NCBI GenBank assembly: GCA_946497925.1
Contig: CAMMMG010000001.1
Coordinates: forward strand, 6,192-70,191
DNA length: 64,000 nt
Reading direction: 5' to 3'
Source: an uncultured Mycoplasmatota bacterium
Lineage (GTDB): Bacteria > Bacillota_I > Bacilli_A > RF39 > UBA660
In this document: one piece after another, positions 1 to 9,665 of the stretch
Layout of the letters: each line of letters starts with the position of its first letter
How positions within the stretch are numbered: the first letter of the stretch is position 1
Program-made: the position numbers and the translations under genes
The notes under the pieces: generated by a model
The model's input: the letters and a program-made list of their open reading frames with translations, nothing else
Told to the model about the DNA's origin: nothing
Databases searched by the model: none

Positions 1-874
1 TATTTTTTAAGGCTTCTTCTACACCTTTTCTTGCTATTTCTGGAAAATCTTCAGGAAAGTCTTTAAAATCTGCCATATCGTGTAACCATAAACTAATAGA
101 TGGGTTTAGATGTTTCATAAGTCCATCTATATGACCTTTACCACCACCTAATTCAAAAACTAGACTAGGTCCCATAATAGCCCATCTTAATCCTGGCCCA
201 TAAGTAACGGCTTTATCAGCATCTTCTATAGTACATACACCATTCATTACTAGGCTACATACTTCTCTATAAACAGCCATTTGAATACGATTACAGATAA
301 ATCCTAAAGCTTCTTTTTGTAATACTACAGGTTCTTTACCAATTAATTGATAGAAGTCTTTAGCAGTGTTTATGACTTCATCAGTTGTATAATCTCCTTT
401 AGTAAGTTCTACTAATGGTATTAAATGTGGTGGATTATAAGGATGTGCTCCTATGAATCTTTCTTTGTGTTTAGCATCTTTTGCTATTTCTGTAATTAGT
501 AGTCCTGATGTAGATGATGAGATGATTGTGTCTTCTTTAGTATATTTTTCCATTTCTTCAACCATTTTCCTTTTAATATCATAACTTTCAGGACCAGATT
601 CAGTAATAAATTCTACATCTTTAACTGCTTCTTCCATTGAAGTAGTGTAATTAATTCTACTTTCAATTTCGTTAATTTCTTCTTCTGTTACAACATTATT
701 TTTCTTTAAGTTAAGTAGACTTTCGTGAATTCTTTCTTTGGCAAGATTTAAAGCTTCATCAGTTTTATCATAAACATTTACTGATAGTTTTTTTAGAGAA
801 TAATATAAAGCCCAACTATAACCAATTACACCTGCACCAACGCAAGCGACTTTCTTAATATCTTTTGCTTCCAT
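1..874 (-). CDS. 3-hydroxyacyl-CoA dehydrogenase family protein (3-hydroxybutyryl-CoA / L-carnitine dehydrogenase-like); C-terminus runs off the window start
   Basis: Reverse-strand translation from the ATG at 874 gives MEAKDIKKVACVGAGVIGYSWALYY. This is an N-terminal Rossmann fold (GxGxxG) followed by HPYNPPHLIPLVEL, typical of the 3HCDH family. The RBS GGAGGTAG lies upstream. Confidence 0.75.
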   Translation of the reverse strand, partial: MEAKDIKKVACVGAGVIGYSWALYYSLKKLSVNVYDKTDEALNLAKERIHESLLNLKKNNVVTEEEINEIESRINYTTSMEEAVKDVEFITESGPESYDIKRKMVEEMEKYTKEDTIISSSTSGLLITEIAKDAKHKERFIGAHPYNPPHLIPLVELTKGDYTTDEVINTAKDFYQLIGKEPVVLQKEALGFICNRIQMAVYREVCSLVMNGVCTIEDADKAVTYGPGLRWAIMGPSLVFELGGGKGHIDGLMKHLNPSISLWLHDMADFKDFPEDFPEIARKGVEEALKN

Positions 875-1060
875 ATTCTACCTCCACCTTAATTGTAGTT
901 TTTTAGATGGAGAAATGCAAGGCAGTTGACATTATTTGATGTTAAATTTTTGTATAACATCAATTATATTATTGTTATGCTAATTTGAAAAAGTGTTTAG
1001 CTTATGATATAATTTTTTCATTGAAAACTGATATATATATATATATATAAAACAAAGAAA

Positions 1061-1726
1061 GTGAGGAAGGAAAAATATATGAATTTAATATCTTTATTAC
1101 AAAATCGACAGGAATTATTATCTTTTGAACCTTTGGTATCATATTTACAAGAAATAGAAAGGCTTAATCCAGAGATTATTTCCCAAAACAAGAGGTTTTG
1201 CTATTTAAAAGGTGATGAGTATTATTATAAGATTGAATATCGTTTATCAGATGGACCTTTGTTAAGTGATATTGTTAAAATAGGTATTACTGATGTAAAT
1301 TTTTTCTCAGTAAGACATACTACTTTTTCTATTACTAACCCTGATAATAAGCTTAATATTCCTAATATGCCTGAAAAATGTATAAATGATGATTTTTTAG
1401 TCCGCGATGATAGTTCTTGTAATGTTATAAAAAGATTTTATTCTTATGAAAATAACAATATAGAGGTATTATCTAGTAAAGTAATGGAATTATCACTTTC
1501 AGAAATGCAGGAGATTTTTGATCTTAATAATTTTTTTGACTGTGATAGTTTATTAATATTAGACAATGCTAAAAAGAATAATGATAAGATAACAGAGCTT
1601 CTGATGATGATTGATGTAGGTGCTAGTGGTAATGTATTTTCTCGTTTAACATTCGGACCATTAAGACATCGTTTTGTTCCTGAAACCTCAGAAGATAAAA
1701 CATTTACATATACATTAAAAAAGTAA
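1061..1726 (+). CDS. hypothetical protein (221 aa)
   Basis: Track ORF with RBS GTGAGGAAGG 8 nt upstream. No recognisable motif. Confidence 0.5.
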   Translation: MRKEKYMNLISLLQNRQELLSFEPLVSYLQEIERLNPEIISQNKRFCYLKGDEYYYKIEYRLSDGPLLSDIVKIGITDVNFFSVRHTTFSITNPDNKLNIPNMPEKCINDDFLVRDDSSCNVIKRFYSYENNNIEVLSSKVMELSLSEMQEIFDLNNFFDCDSLLILDNAKKNNDKITELLMMIDVGASGNVFSRLTFGPLRHRFVPETSEDKTFTYTLKK

Positions 1727-1771
1727 GTTAGAGCTTGCAAAATAAAAAACATCAATTATGTAAAGATGTTT

Positions 1772-2076
1772 TTATTTGCTTTTTTTTACTTCTATTTCTT
1801 CATAAGTTTCTAATGTTTTTAAAAGAAGCATTCTATATATTTCTAATTTTTCTTTTTTACCAATAAGAGAATCGTGATATTTATTTAAGATAAGTAAATC
1901 TTCAATATCTAAATTAAATCCTTCACTTAGCTTATTTAGTATATTATCAGAGGGATTTTTCTTACCTTTTTCTATTTCATTAATGTATGATTTTGATACT
2001 TGTGATTTTTCAGATAAGTCTTTAGTAGTGAAATCATTTGCTATTCTAGTAACCCTTACTACTTCTCCTATTATAA
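1772..2076 (-). CDS. XRE-family helix-turn-helix transcriptional regulator; start codon ambiguous
   Basis: Minus-strand frame reads ...IGEVVRVTRIANDFTTKDLSEKSQVSKSYINEIEKGKKNPSDNILNKLSEGFNLDIEDLL..., the classic XRE HTH signature (SxSYIxxIExG). A strong RBS AAGGGGAG is followed by ATT/ATA codons but no in-frame ATG, GTG or TTG. The gene is absent from the ORF track for that reason. Confidence 0.6.
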
Positions 2077-2106
2077 TAAAATTTCTCCCCTTGCTTAATT
2101 TGAATA

Positions 2107-2658
2107 TTAATAATATTCATCTGTTTCATAATAATATGAAGTTTCTATACCTTTAAAAATTGTAGTTAAGCTTAAATCATCTGTTAGATTATTTTCGATT
2201 AAAGTTTTAATTTCTAAAGTATTAATTGGGCTTCGTTCCATTGCTTGTAAATATAATCTTTTATCAATGTTTTCCCAATTAACAATTTTATTTAGATTTT
2301 TCTTTAATATTAAATCTAACCAAATTCTTGTGCTTCTACCATTTCCTTCTAAGAAAGGATGAGCGATATTCATTTCTACATATTTATCAATTATTTCATC
2401 TAATGTAGATTCTTTCATTGTTTCTATTTTTTTTAATATATCTTCTAAATATAGAGTGTTAGCAAATCTAAAATTTCCTTTAGAAATGTTTTCTTTTCTG
2501 ATGATACCTGCAAAGTCATATAAACCTTCAAATAGATATTTATGAATTTGTTGTAATCCTTTAACAGTACCTATTTCAATATTGTTAATGTCTCCACTTG
2601 AAAATAATTTCTTGGCATTTTCTAAACTTTTTTTATCAGTTTCACTCATTTGTATCAC
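2107..2658 (-). CDS. fic: Fic/DOC family protein (predicted protein adenylyltransferase)
   Basis: Canonical Fic active-site motif [12 protein letters not shown] (HxFx[D/E]GNGRxxR). GTG start at 2658. Confidence 0.85.
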   Translation of the reverse strand: MIQMSETDKKSLENAKKLFSSGDINNIEIGTVKGLQQIHKYLFEGLYDFAGIIRKENISKGNFRFANTLYLEDILKKIETMKESTLDEIIDKYVEMNIAHPFLEGNGRSTRIWLDLILKKNLNKIVNWENIDKRLYLQAMERSPINTLEIKTLIENNLTDDLSLTTIFKGIETSYYYETDEYY

Positions 2659-2715
2659 CTTCTTATATGATAATATAAAAAAAGACTCTTATGCAAAGAG
2701 TCTTAAGTTTCTTAA

Positions 2716-2789
2716 TGGCAGGGGCGGAGAGAATCGAACTCCCATCAAAAGTTTTGGAGACTCCTATGCTACCATTATACCACGCCCCT
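2716..2789 (-). tRNA. trnW: tRNA-Trp (anticodon CCA)
   Basis: Reverse complement is AGGGGCGTGGTATAATGGTAGCATAGGAGTCTCCAAAACTTTTGATGGGAGTTCGATTCTCTCCGCCCCTGCCA. It has a 7-bp acceptor stem, an anticodon loop CTCCAAA, a T-arm GGGAG/TTCGATT/CTCTC and an encoded CCA end. It is close to Bacillus tRNA-Trp. Confidence 0.85.
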
Positions 2790-2860
2790 ATGGGTTCTTT
2801 TAAGAACACATTTATTATAGCATAGTTTACTATGATTTGACAATATATTTTTGATTGCGT

Positions 2861-3292
2861 TTAATGCAGTGGAGGGCATACATTTGGATCAGGAGCATAG
2901 AAACAATGATTTTTAAATCTTCCTGCTAGGGCTTGATCATACCAGGTACTAATACAATTATTATTTCTTCCTGGTGCATAGAACCATAATGCATTAGTTG
3001 CAGGATAGTAGTATTCACCTTTTAGGGTTCTTTCTGCTAGTTCTCTTTCTTTGATAGTGGAACCTGAAGTGAATTGGGGACTGTTTATACCAGCGAAACC
3101 TCCTGGATTTTGAAATACCATTTTGGTAATTGTATTTATATTTCTAAATGTATAACAGTTAGCAAGGACTCTATTTACACCAACATTGCCTACCATAAGC
3201 ATACCATAATCTCCTTCACCAACTGCTTCTGCTCGCATTAATCTTGCTAGTAAATCTAATTCTTTACTTGTATATTGAATTAATTGAGACAT
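2861..3292 (-). CDS. SleB-like cell wall hydrolase (Hydrolase_2 family)
   Basis: Motif DLLARLMRAEAVGEGDYGMLMVGNVGVNRV matches the spore cortex-lytic enzyme SleB catalytic domain. Confidence 0.75.
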   Translation of the reverse strand: MSQLIQYTSKELDLLARLMRAEAVGEGDYGMLMVGNVGVNRVLANCYTFRNINTITKMVFQNPGGFAGINSPQFTSGSTIKERELAERTLKGEYYYPATNALWFYAPGRNNNCISTWYDQALAGRFKNHCFYAPDPNVCPPLH

Positions 3293-3374
3293 ATAATCAC
3301 CTAGTATACTTTATGTTTTTTATAATAATTTGTTCTATTAAGTAGTATAAATTTGTGATAAAATTAAAGTAGAG

Positions 3375-4427
3375 GTGGTGCTTGTGAAGAAGAAAAGAAA
3401 AAGAAGAATAGCATTTATTATTTTTATAATTTTATTATTGGCTTTGATAGGAGGAGCTTACTATTATTTTGTTTATCTTGGTAATGATGTGCCTTTGGTA
3501 GAAAAAAAGGAAAAGTTAAATGTTTATGATGTTAATAGTAATAAACGTCCTATTGCTATTATGATTGATAATAATGTTGATAATGATGAACAAGTAGGGT
3601 TACAAGATGCTTATTTAACTTATGAGATAATAGTTGAAGGCGGATTAACTAGAATGATGGCTCTTTATAAAGATGTTGATACTAGTGTAATTGGGCCAGT
3701 TAGAAGTAGTAGACATTACTTTTTAGATTATGCTCTTGAGAATGATGCAATATATGCTCATTATGGATGGAGTACTTATGCAGAGAATGATATAAAGGCT
3801 CTTTCTGTTGATAATATTAATGGACTTTATGATGATGCCTTTTATCGTGATAGTAGTATTGCTGCTCCTCATAATGTTTTTACTAGTATTGATAATTTAT
3901 ATTTAAAAGCAGAAGAGTTAGGTTATGATACTACATCTAGTGATTATGAAAATTTAAATTATGTTAGTAAAAAGGTAGATTTGGAGAAAACTGATAATTC
4001 ATTAAACTGTGATGGGGAGAATTGTAGTTTAGAAGGTAGAAGTTTAACTAGTATTGATATTCCTTATTCAAATAGTGAAGTTAGAAGTTATACTTATGAT
4101 AGTGATAATGGTTATTATCTTCGTTATATGAATGGTATTCCTCATACTGATAGAGATAGTGGAGAACAATATCATTATAAAAATATAATTATTATGAAAG
4201 TAGATAATAGTACTCTTGATGATTATGGTAGACAAGATTTAGATACAGTAGGAACAGGAGTTGGTTATTATATTACTAATGGTTATATGATGCCTATTAC
4301 TTGGGAGAAAGATTCAAGAAGTGGTAAGACTTATTATTCTTATAGTAATGGTGATGAGGTTGAAATTAGTGATGGCAATACTTTTGTACAAGTAATGCCT
4401 AGTGATAGAGATATAGTAATAAGTTAA
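3375..4427 (+). CDS. DUF3048 (YerB-like) family lipoprotein, paralog 1
   Basis: N-terminal lysine-rich segment, then a TM/signal segment, then KRPIAIMIDNN...GLQDAYLTYEIIVEGGLTRMMALY, which resembles YerB/DUF3048. The likely true start is the GTG at ~3384, after the RBS GAGGTGG. Confidence 0.6.
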   Translation: MVLVKKKRKRRIAFIIFIILLLALIGGAYYYFVYLGNDVPLVEKKEKLNVYDVNSNKRPIAIMIDNNVDNDEQVGLQDAYLTYEIIVEGGLTRMMALYKDVDTSVIGPVRSSRHYFLDYALENDAIYAHYGWSTYAENDIKALSVDNINGLYDDAFYRDSSIAAPHNVFTSIDNLYLKAEELGYDTTSSDYENLNYVSKKVDLEKTDNSLNCDGENCSLEGRSLTSIDIPYSNSEVRSYTYDSDNGYYLRYMNGIPHTDRDSGEQYHYKNIIIMKVDNSTLDDYGRQDLDTVGTGVGYYITNGYMMPITWEKDSRSGKTYYSYSNGDEVEISDGNTFVQVMPSDRDIVIS

Positions 4428-4616
4428 AATGTAGTAATAAAGGACTGTCTATATGATAGTCCTTTTTTTGGCAGATAATACTACTTTTTAATTATGCTTA
4501 TAATGTATTATATTTTTTGCTTTATAAATTGTTTATTTTTTGTCAAGTATTTAAAACTTTATGGGAAACGTTTAATTATTCTCTATTGTATGATAAAATT
4601 TAGGTGGGTGGTAGTC

Positions 4617-5693
4617 GTGAGAAAGCTAAAGTCTTTAGGAGAAACTAGAATTAAGCCTAAAAGTAATAAAAAGAAAATAATTATAATTAGTGTTATTAGT
4701 GTAGCAGTACTTTTAATATTTGTTCTTCTTTTCTATTTTTTATTATCTATGAATGATAGTGAATCTAAGAAAAAAGATAAGGTAAAAATAGATGAGGCTA
4801 GTACTGTAGAAAAAAAAGATTTAACTGTTTATGATGTTAATAGTAATAAACGACCTATCGCTATTATGATTGATAATAATGTGGGTAATAATGCTCATGT
4901 AGGATTACAAGATGCTTATTTAACTTATGAAATAATAGTAGAAGGTGGCTTAACTAGAATTATGGCTATCTTTAAAGATGTTAATACTAGTGTAATTGGT
5001 CCAGTTCGTAGTAGTAGGCATTACTTTTTAGATTATGCACTTGAAAGTGATGCTATATATGCTCATTATGGATGGAGTACATATGCTGAAAATGATATTA
5101 GGGCTTTAGGTGTTAATAATATAAATGGACTTTATGATAATGGCTATTATCGTAATTATAATATAGCAGCACCTCATAATGTTTTTACTAGTATAGAAGA
5201 TTTATATAATGTTGCAGGAAGTAAAGGTTATAGTACTACTAGTGATAATTATAGTCTTTTGAATTATACTCCTGATGATGTTAATTTTGATGCTACAAGT
5301 GATTTGTTAACTGCTAATACCATTAGTATGACATATTCTTATAGCCAGGTTAGGAGTTATACTTATGATTCTACTAATAGATATTATTTACGTTATATGA
5401 ATAATAATCCGCATACTGATAAAAGTAGTGGGGTACAATATCATTATAAAAATATAATTATTATGAAAGTAAATAACTATACATTAGATAGTTATGGTAG
5501 ACAAGATTTAGATACTGTAGGTAATGGGGAAGGATATTACATTACTAATGGTTATGCTATACCTATTACTTGGAGTAAAGATTCTAGAAGTGGTAAGACT
5601 CATTATTATTATGGTGGTAATGAGTTAGTTGTTAGTGATGGTAATACGATGATACAAGTAGTACCTGTTAATAGTAGTATTACAATTAGTTAG
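4617..5693 (+). CDS. DUF3048 (YerB-like) family lipoprotein, paralog 2 (tandem duplicate)
   Basis: About 65% identical to the upstream gene over the mature domain. The track ORF starts at 4494 but its first ~40 aa are implausible. The GTG at 4617 is preceded by the RBS AGGTGGGTGG, mirroring paralog 1. Confidence 0.6.
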   Translation: MRKLKSLGETRIKPKSNKKKIIIISVISVAVLLIFVLLFYFLLSMNDSESKKKDKVKIDEASTVEKKDLTVYDVNSNKRPIAIMIDNNVGNNAHVGLQDAYLTYEIIVEGGLTRIMAIFKDVNTSVIGPVRSSRHYFLDYALESDAIYAHYGWSTYAENDIRALGVNNINGLYDNGYYRNYNIAAPHNVFTSIEDLYNVAGSKGYSTTSDNYSLLNYTPDDVNFDATSDLLTANTISMTYSYSQVRSYTYDSTNRYYLRYMNNNPHTDKSSGVQYHYKNIIIMKVNNYTLDSYGRQDLDTVGNGEGYYITNGYAIPITWSKDSRSGKTHYYYGGNELVVSDGNTMIQVVPVNSSITIS

Positions 5694-5701
5694 GGGGACT
5701 T

Positions 5702-8224
5702 ATGAAAAAGTTAAGTAAACATAAAAATGACATTATTAGTGTTTTAACTTTAATTATTATTAGTTTAGTTATCGTTTTAATTCTTGTTAATTTTACTAAT
5801 TTTTTTGGGTCTAAGAAGGACTGGCTTAGTCAGCATATTATGTTTCCTGATTATTTAAGAAAATTATTCTATGATACAGGAGACTTTTTTCCTAACTTTG
5901 CTTTTAATCTTGGTGGAGGACAAAATATCTATAATATCTCTTATTATGGACTTTTTAATCCTATTATTTTAATTTCTTATTTATTACCTTTTGTATCTAT
6001 GATGACTTATATACAGTTTAGTATGATTGTATGTTTAATAGTAAGTATTATTTTGATGTATTATTTCTTGAGAAGAAGATTTGATTCAAAGATATGTTTT
6101 GTTAGTACTTTACTATTTTTAACGGCAGGATGTTTTATTTTCCATTTACATCGCCATATTATGTTTGTAGATTATATGCCTTTTCTACTTATGGCTTTAA
6201 TAGGTGTTGATAAGTATTTTGATAAGAAGAAAATATCTTTATTAGTTATATCTATTTTCCTAATGATTTTAACTAGTTATTACTTTAGTGTTGTAGGATT
6301 AGTTTGTATCTTACTTTATGGTATTTTTAGATATATAGAAGATAAGAAAAATGAGAAAATTACAGTTAAAGATTTCTTTAAAGAAGGATTTAAATATCTT
6401 TTTGTAATGTTTATTCCAGTTCTTATGAGTTGTGTTTTATTACTTCCAACGCTTTATTCTTTACTTGATGGTAGGACTGCTACTAATAAGGATATTTCAT
6501 TACTAGGATTACTTATTCCTAACTTTGATATTTCTAATACTTTATATTCTGCTTATTCTCTTGGATTAAGTGCTATCTTTATAATTGCTTTAATATATGG
6601 AATTATTACTAAAAAAAGGGAAGTTAAAGTAATTAGTATAATCTTTAGTATTTTGTTAGTTTTTCCTGTCTTTGACTATATATTTAATGGGGGAATGTAT
6701 CTAAATGGTAAAGCTTTTATACCAATGTTACCTCTTGCTATTCTCTTAATTAGTTATTTCCTTAAGAATGTTTTTAATAATAAAAATAAGTTAAAGATTA
6801 TTATTATTATCTCTTTAATAGTTGCAATTATTAATCTTCTTGTTTTCCTTTATAAGGAAGAGAGTTTATGTTTATTATTTGTTGTTGATATGGTTCTTTT
6901 GGTTATTGTTATTCTTATTAGTTTTAAGCTAGAGAAAAAATATGTACTTTATGTTTATCTTGGTATTATTTCATTAATTATTGCTATTCCTACTAATTTT
7001 TCTGATATCTTTGTAACTAAAGAGTTTTATGATACTTTAGATTATGAAGAGACTAGTTCTAAAGTAAAACAAGTATTAGATAATGATAATAGTTTTTATA
7101 GAATGAGTGATCAAAGTGTTAAATTAGATAAGTCTAATTATATTTATGATGTAGATTACTATACTGGTAGTATTTATTCTTCTTTATCTAATTCTTATTA
7201 TAAAGATTTCTATAATAATTTAATTAATAATGAGTTTATTTATAGGAGTTATGGAATGCTTACAGGTAATAATAATATTTTCTATAATTTTTATATGGGT
7301 AATAAGTATTTACTTAATAGTAGTAATGGAATAATGGGATATGAAAAGATTTCTGATGGTATTTATAGAAATGAAGATGTTCTACCTATTGGATACAGTA
7401 CTAGTAAGATAATGAGTTTAGATGAGTATAAGAGTCTTAATTATTTTGAGAAGTTAGATGCGTATTTGAATTATGCTATTGTTGATGGGGATTATAGTGA
7501 TAGTTATGTTAAGAAAGTTAAAGATTATGTTCCAGATTATAATGTTTTAGAAAGTAAGAATTTAAGTATAGAAGAGGTTAATGGTAAATATTTTATTAAA
7601 GCTTCTAAAGATAATAAGTTAGTTGTTAAGTTAAATAATGTTAGTGATAGTGATATTGTACTTTTAAGATTTAAGATGCTTTATAATAATAAGTGTAGTG
7701 AAGATGATTCTTATATTACTATTAATGGAGTGAGTAATAAGCTTAGTTGTAGAAGATGGAAGTATCATAATAATAATTATATGTTTGAATATTCTTTGAG
7801 TGGAGATACTTTAGAAATTACTTTTAGTGAAGGTAAGTTTAGATTAACTGACTTTAATATGGCTTTATATGATTATAATGATTTAGCATCTATTAATGAT
7901 GAAATATCTCTTTTTGTTATTGATAGAGATAAGACTAAAGGTGATGTTATAGAAGGTAGTATTGATGTAAAAGAAGATGGTTACTTTAAACTATCTATTC
8001 CTTATGATAAAGGTTTTGAAGTTTATGTAGATGGTGAAAAGACTCCTTATGAAGTTGTTAATAAAAGTTTTATTGGTTTTGATATTAGTAAAGGTAGTCA
8101 TAATATTAAAATAGTTTATACTTCTCCTTTATTTAAAGAGGGATTAGTTATATCTTGTATTGGTTTAGTGTTGTTTGTAGGAACTGTTATTTATTATAGA
8201 AATAGAAAAAGAGAGAAAATATAG
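5702..8224 (+). CDS. YfhO-family polytopic membrane protein (putative glycosyltransferase for cell-envelope polymers)
   Basis: 840 aa with >10 predicted TM helices at the N-terminus, a large extracytoplasmic domain and a C-terminal TM helix. The N-terminal motif ...WLSQHIMFPDYLRKLFYDTGDFFPNFAFNLGGGQNIY... is typical of YfhO. Confidence 0.7.
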   Translation: MKKLSKHKNDIISVLTLIIISLVIVLILVNFTNFFGSKKDWLSQHIMFPDYLRKLFYDTGDFFPNFAFNLGGGQNIYNISYYGLFNPIILISYLLPFVSMMTYIQFSMIVCLIVSIILMYYFLRRRFDSKICFVSTLLFLTAGCFIFHLHRHIMFVDYMPFLLMALIGVDKYFDKKKISLLVISIFLMILTSYYFSVVGLVCILLYGIFRYIEDKKNEKITVKDFFKEGFKYLFVMFIPVLMSCVLLLPTLYSLLDGRTATNKDISLLGLLIPNFDISNTLYSAYSLGLSAIFIIALIYGIITKKREVKVISIIFSILLVFPVFDYIFNGGMYLNGKAFIPMLPLAILLISYFLKNVFNNKNKLKIIIIISLIVAIINLLVFLYKEESLCLLFVVDMVLLVIVILISFKLEKKYVLYVYLGIISLIIAIPTNFSDIFVTKEFYDTLDYEETSSKVKQVLDNDNSFYRMSDQSVKLDKSNYIYDVDYYTGSIYSSLSNSYYKDFYNNLINNEFIYRSYGMLTGNNNIFYNFYMGNKYLLNSSNGIMGYEKISDGIYRNEDVLPIGYSTSKIMSLDEYKSLNYFEKLDAYLNYAIVDGDYSDSYVKKVKDYVPDYNVLESKNLSIEEVNGKYFIKASKDNKLVVKLNNVSDSDIVLLRFKMLYNNKCSEDDSYITINGVSNKLSCRRWKYHNNNYMFEYSLSGDTLEITFSEGKFRLTDFNMALYDYNDLASINDEISLFVIDRDKTKGDVIEGSIDVKEDGYFKLSIPYDKGFEVYVDGEKTPYEVVNKSFIGFDISKGSHNIKIVYTSPLFKEGLVISCIGLVLFVGTVIYYRNRKREKI

Positions 8225-8317
8225 GCTCACTGTAAATAGAGCCCTATTTTTTATTAAAATTAAATTGCAAAAAGAGCGTTTGTGATATATAATATGTAGT
8301 CAAATAGAGGAGGAACT

Positions 8318-9307
8318 ATGGAAACAGTAAGATTTTGTGATACACTTAATTTTGATGATGGAAGTATAGAAATTAAATATAAAGGTGTGCCTTTAAGAGA
8401 AGATAGTAATGAAAATGAAGTAAGACGTATGTTGAGAGATTTTGTAGATAATCATAAGCACGATGATATGTTAGAAAATGTAACAATTTTAAGGACGATA
8501 TTTAGAGATTATATGGAAGTATCACTTGATGTTTATTTTTGTGATAAAAATGGTTCAGAATTTGTTCAATATGATAAGAGTCAACCTTTATTTTTATTTA
8601 AAAAGGTTTATAAAAAGTTTGATGGATATAATACTAAAGAAGTCACAGTTGAGTATAATACTAAAGATGGGATAAGTTTAAATTATAGTCACAGTGATAT
8701 GACAATTGTTTTTCCTAATAAACGTTCAACTGTTACTAAAGAAATAGACAATATTATGCAGTATATTGATACATTATTAACTGAGGTTAAAGCAATTACT
8801 TTAAATGATGATGATAAAGCATTAATAGAAATATATAAGTTATTCTATAAAGAAAATCCTGATTTTAGTAGTAAAGATATTAATGTTAAAGTCCAAACTA
8901 TGATGTCTATATTAGCAGGGTTTAATGTGACTTTGGACTGTGATTATTCTTTTTCTTTAATGACAAAATTAAAAATGCCAGTTTCTTTAAAGCTTGTAGA
9001 GATGGTTAAAAAAATGTATCCATTTGGTGTAGTTAGTGAAGTTGAAGATAATGTTAAATTAGCAGAAGAACCTAAGAAGATAATTGAAATTGTTGGTGAT
9101 AGTATAAGAGATGCAATTTCTTTAGAAGGTGATATGAATGAAGCTTTGATAACTATTAGTAAGGTTATTTATGCAAGTAGGTATAATCTTTCATCTAAGG
9201 CTGACATTAGGGAAATAGCAGAATTTACTAATCGTAGTGTTGATGATGTGGAAGCTAGTGTACAGTTAGTAAAACGTATTGAACATAAAATAAATAAAGA
9301 GAATTAA
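8318..9307 (+). CDS. hypothetical acidic cytoplasmic protein (329 aa)
   Basis: Track ORF with RBS AGAGGAGGAAC upstream. No recognisable motif. Confidence 0.5.
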   Translation: METVRFCDTLNFDDGSIEIKYKGVPLREDSNENEVRRMLRDFVDNHKHDDMLENVTILRTIFRDYMEVSLDVYFCDKNGSEFVQYDKSQPLFLFKKVYKKFDGYNTKEVTVEYNTKDGISLNYSHSDMTIVFPNKRSTVTKEIDNIMQYIDTLLTEVKAITLNDDDKALIEIYKLFYKENPDFSSKDINVKVQTMMSILAGFNVTLDCDYSFSLMTKLKMPVSLKLVEMVKKMYPFGVVSEVEDNVKLAEEPKKIIEIVGDSIRDAISLEGDMNEALITISKVIYASRYNLSSKADIREIAEFTNRSVDDVEASVQLVKRIEHKINKEN

Positions 9308-9623
9308 TTTTTTTGTTGACGTATATATATCTTATCTAGTACACTATTATTACAAGTTATTAACTAATTTTATGAAATTAGATGAAACTTGTGATTATAG
9401 CTTTATATAAAACATAATGTACGGTAGCGACTATCGGAATTTAAGCCTATGGAGAATAGGGAATACTCTATCTATGAAGTAGGAATCCTTGAAGGTAACG
9501 ACAAGGAGAAACAATTTATTTTGTTTTATGTTCAGCGAGAAAAAAATGTTAAATCATTTTTGCAAGGGCACTGTCTTTCGATGGAGCCCTATTTTTCTTT
9601 TGTAATAAATTATATTTAATATA

Positions 9624-9652
9624 GACTTAAATCTTTTGCTTTGATAAAATGT
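9624..9652 (+). promoter_or_regulatory. sigma-A type promoter for pta
   Basis: -35 element TAGACT, a 17-nt spacer, then -10 element TAAAAT just upstream of the RBS AATGGAGATG. Confidence 0.4.
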
Positions 9653-9665
9653 TAATGGAGATGAT

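Noticed and set aside
1444-1755. Reverse-strand ORFs embedded in larger genes (also 10298..10513, 13333..13719, 14873..15211, 24206..24445, 26928..27116, 29701..29898, 36833..37036, 41841..42098, 45025..45222, 47117..47326, 47867..48127, 48683..48910, 50281..50484, 52762..52956, 60982..61167)
   Set aside because: Each lies antisense within a longer ORF that has recognisable domains or better coding character. Such shadow ORFs are expected in AT-rich DNA with few stop codons on the antisense strand.
2716-2789. Weak D-stem of the tRNA (GTAT/GCAT) as evidence against a real tRNA
   Set aside because: The acceptor, anticodon and T arms are canonical. The sequence closely parallels Bacillus tRNA-Trp and ends in an encoded CCA. 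A wobble or mismatched D-stem is tolerated.
2582-2803. Track ORF of 73 aa on the + strand
   Set aside because: It overlaps the tRNA-Trp gene and the Fic start on the opposite strand. The reading frame is an accidental by-product of low complexity.
9449-9619. 56-aa + strand ORF in the pta upstream gap as a real small protein
   Set aside because: No Shine-Dalgarno sequence (AAGCCTATG). It runs through the putative terminator stem. I kept it only as a low-priority note in the findings.
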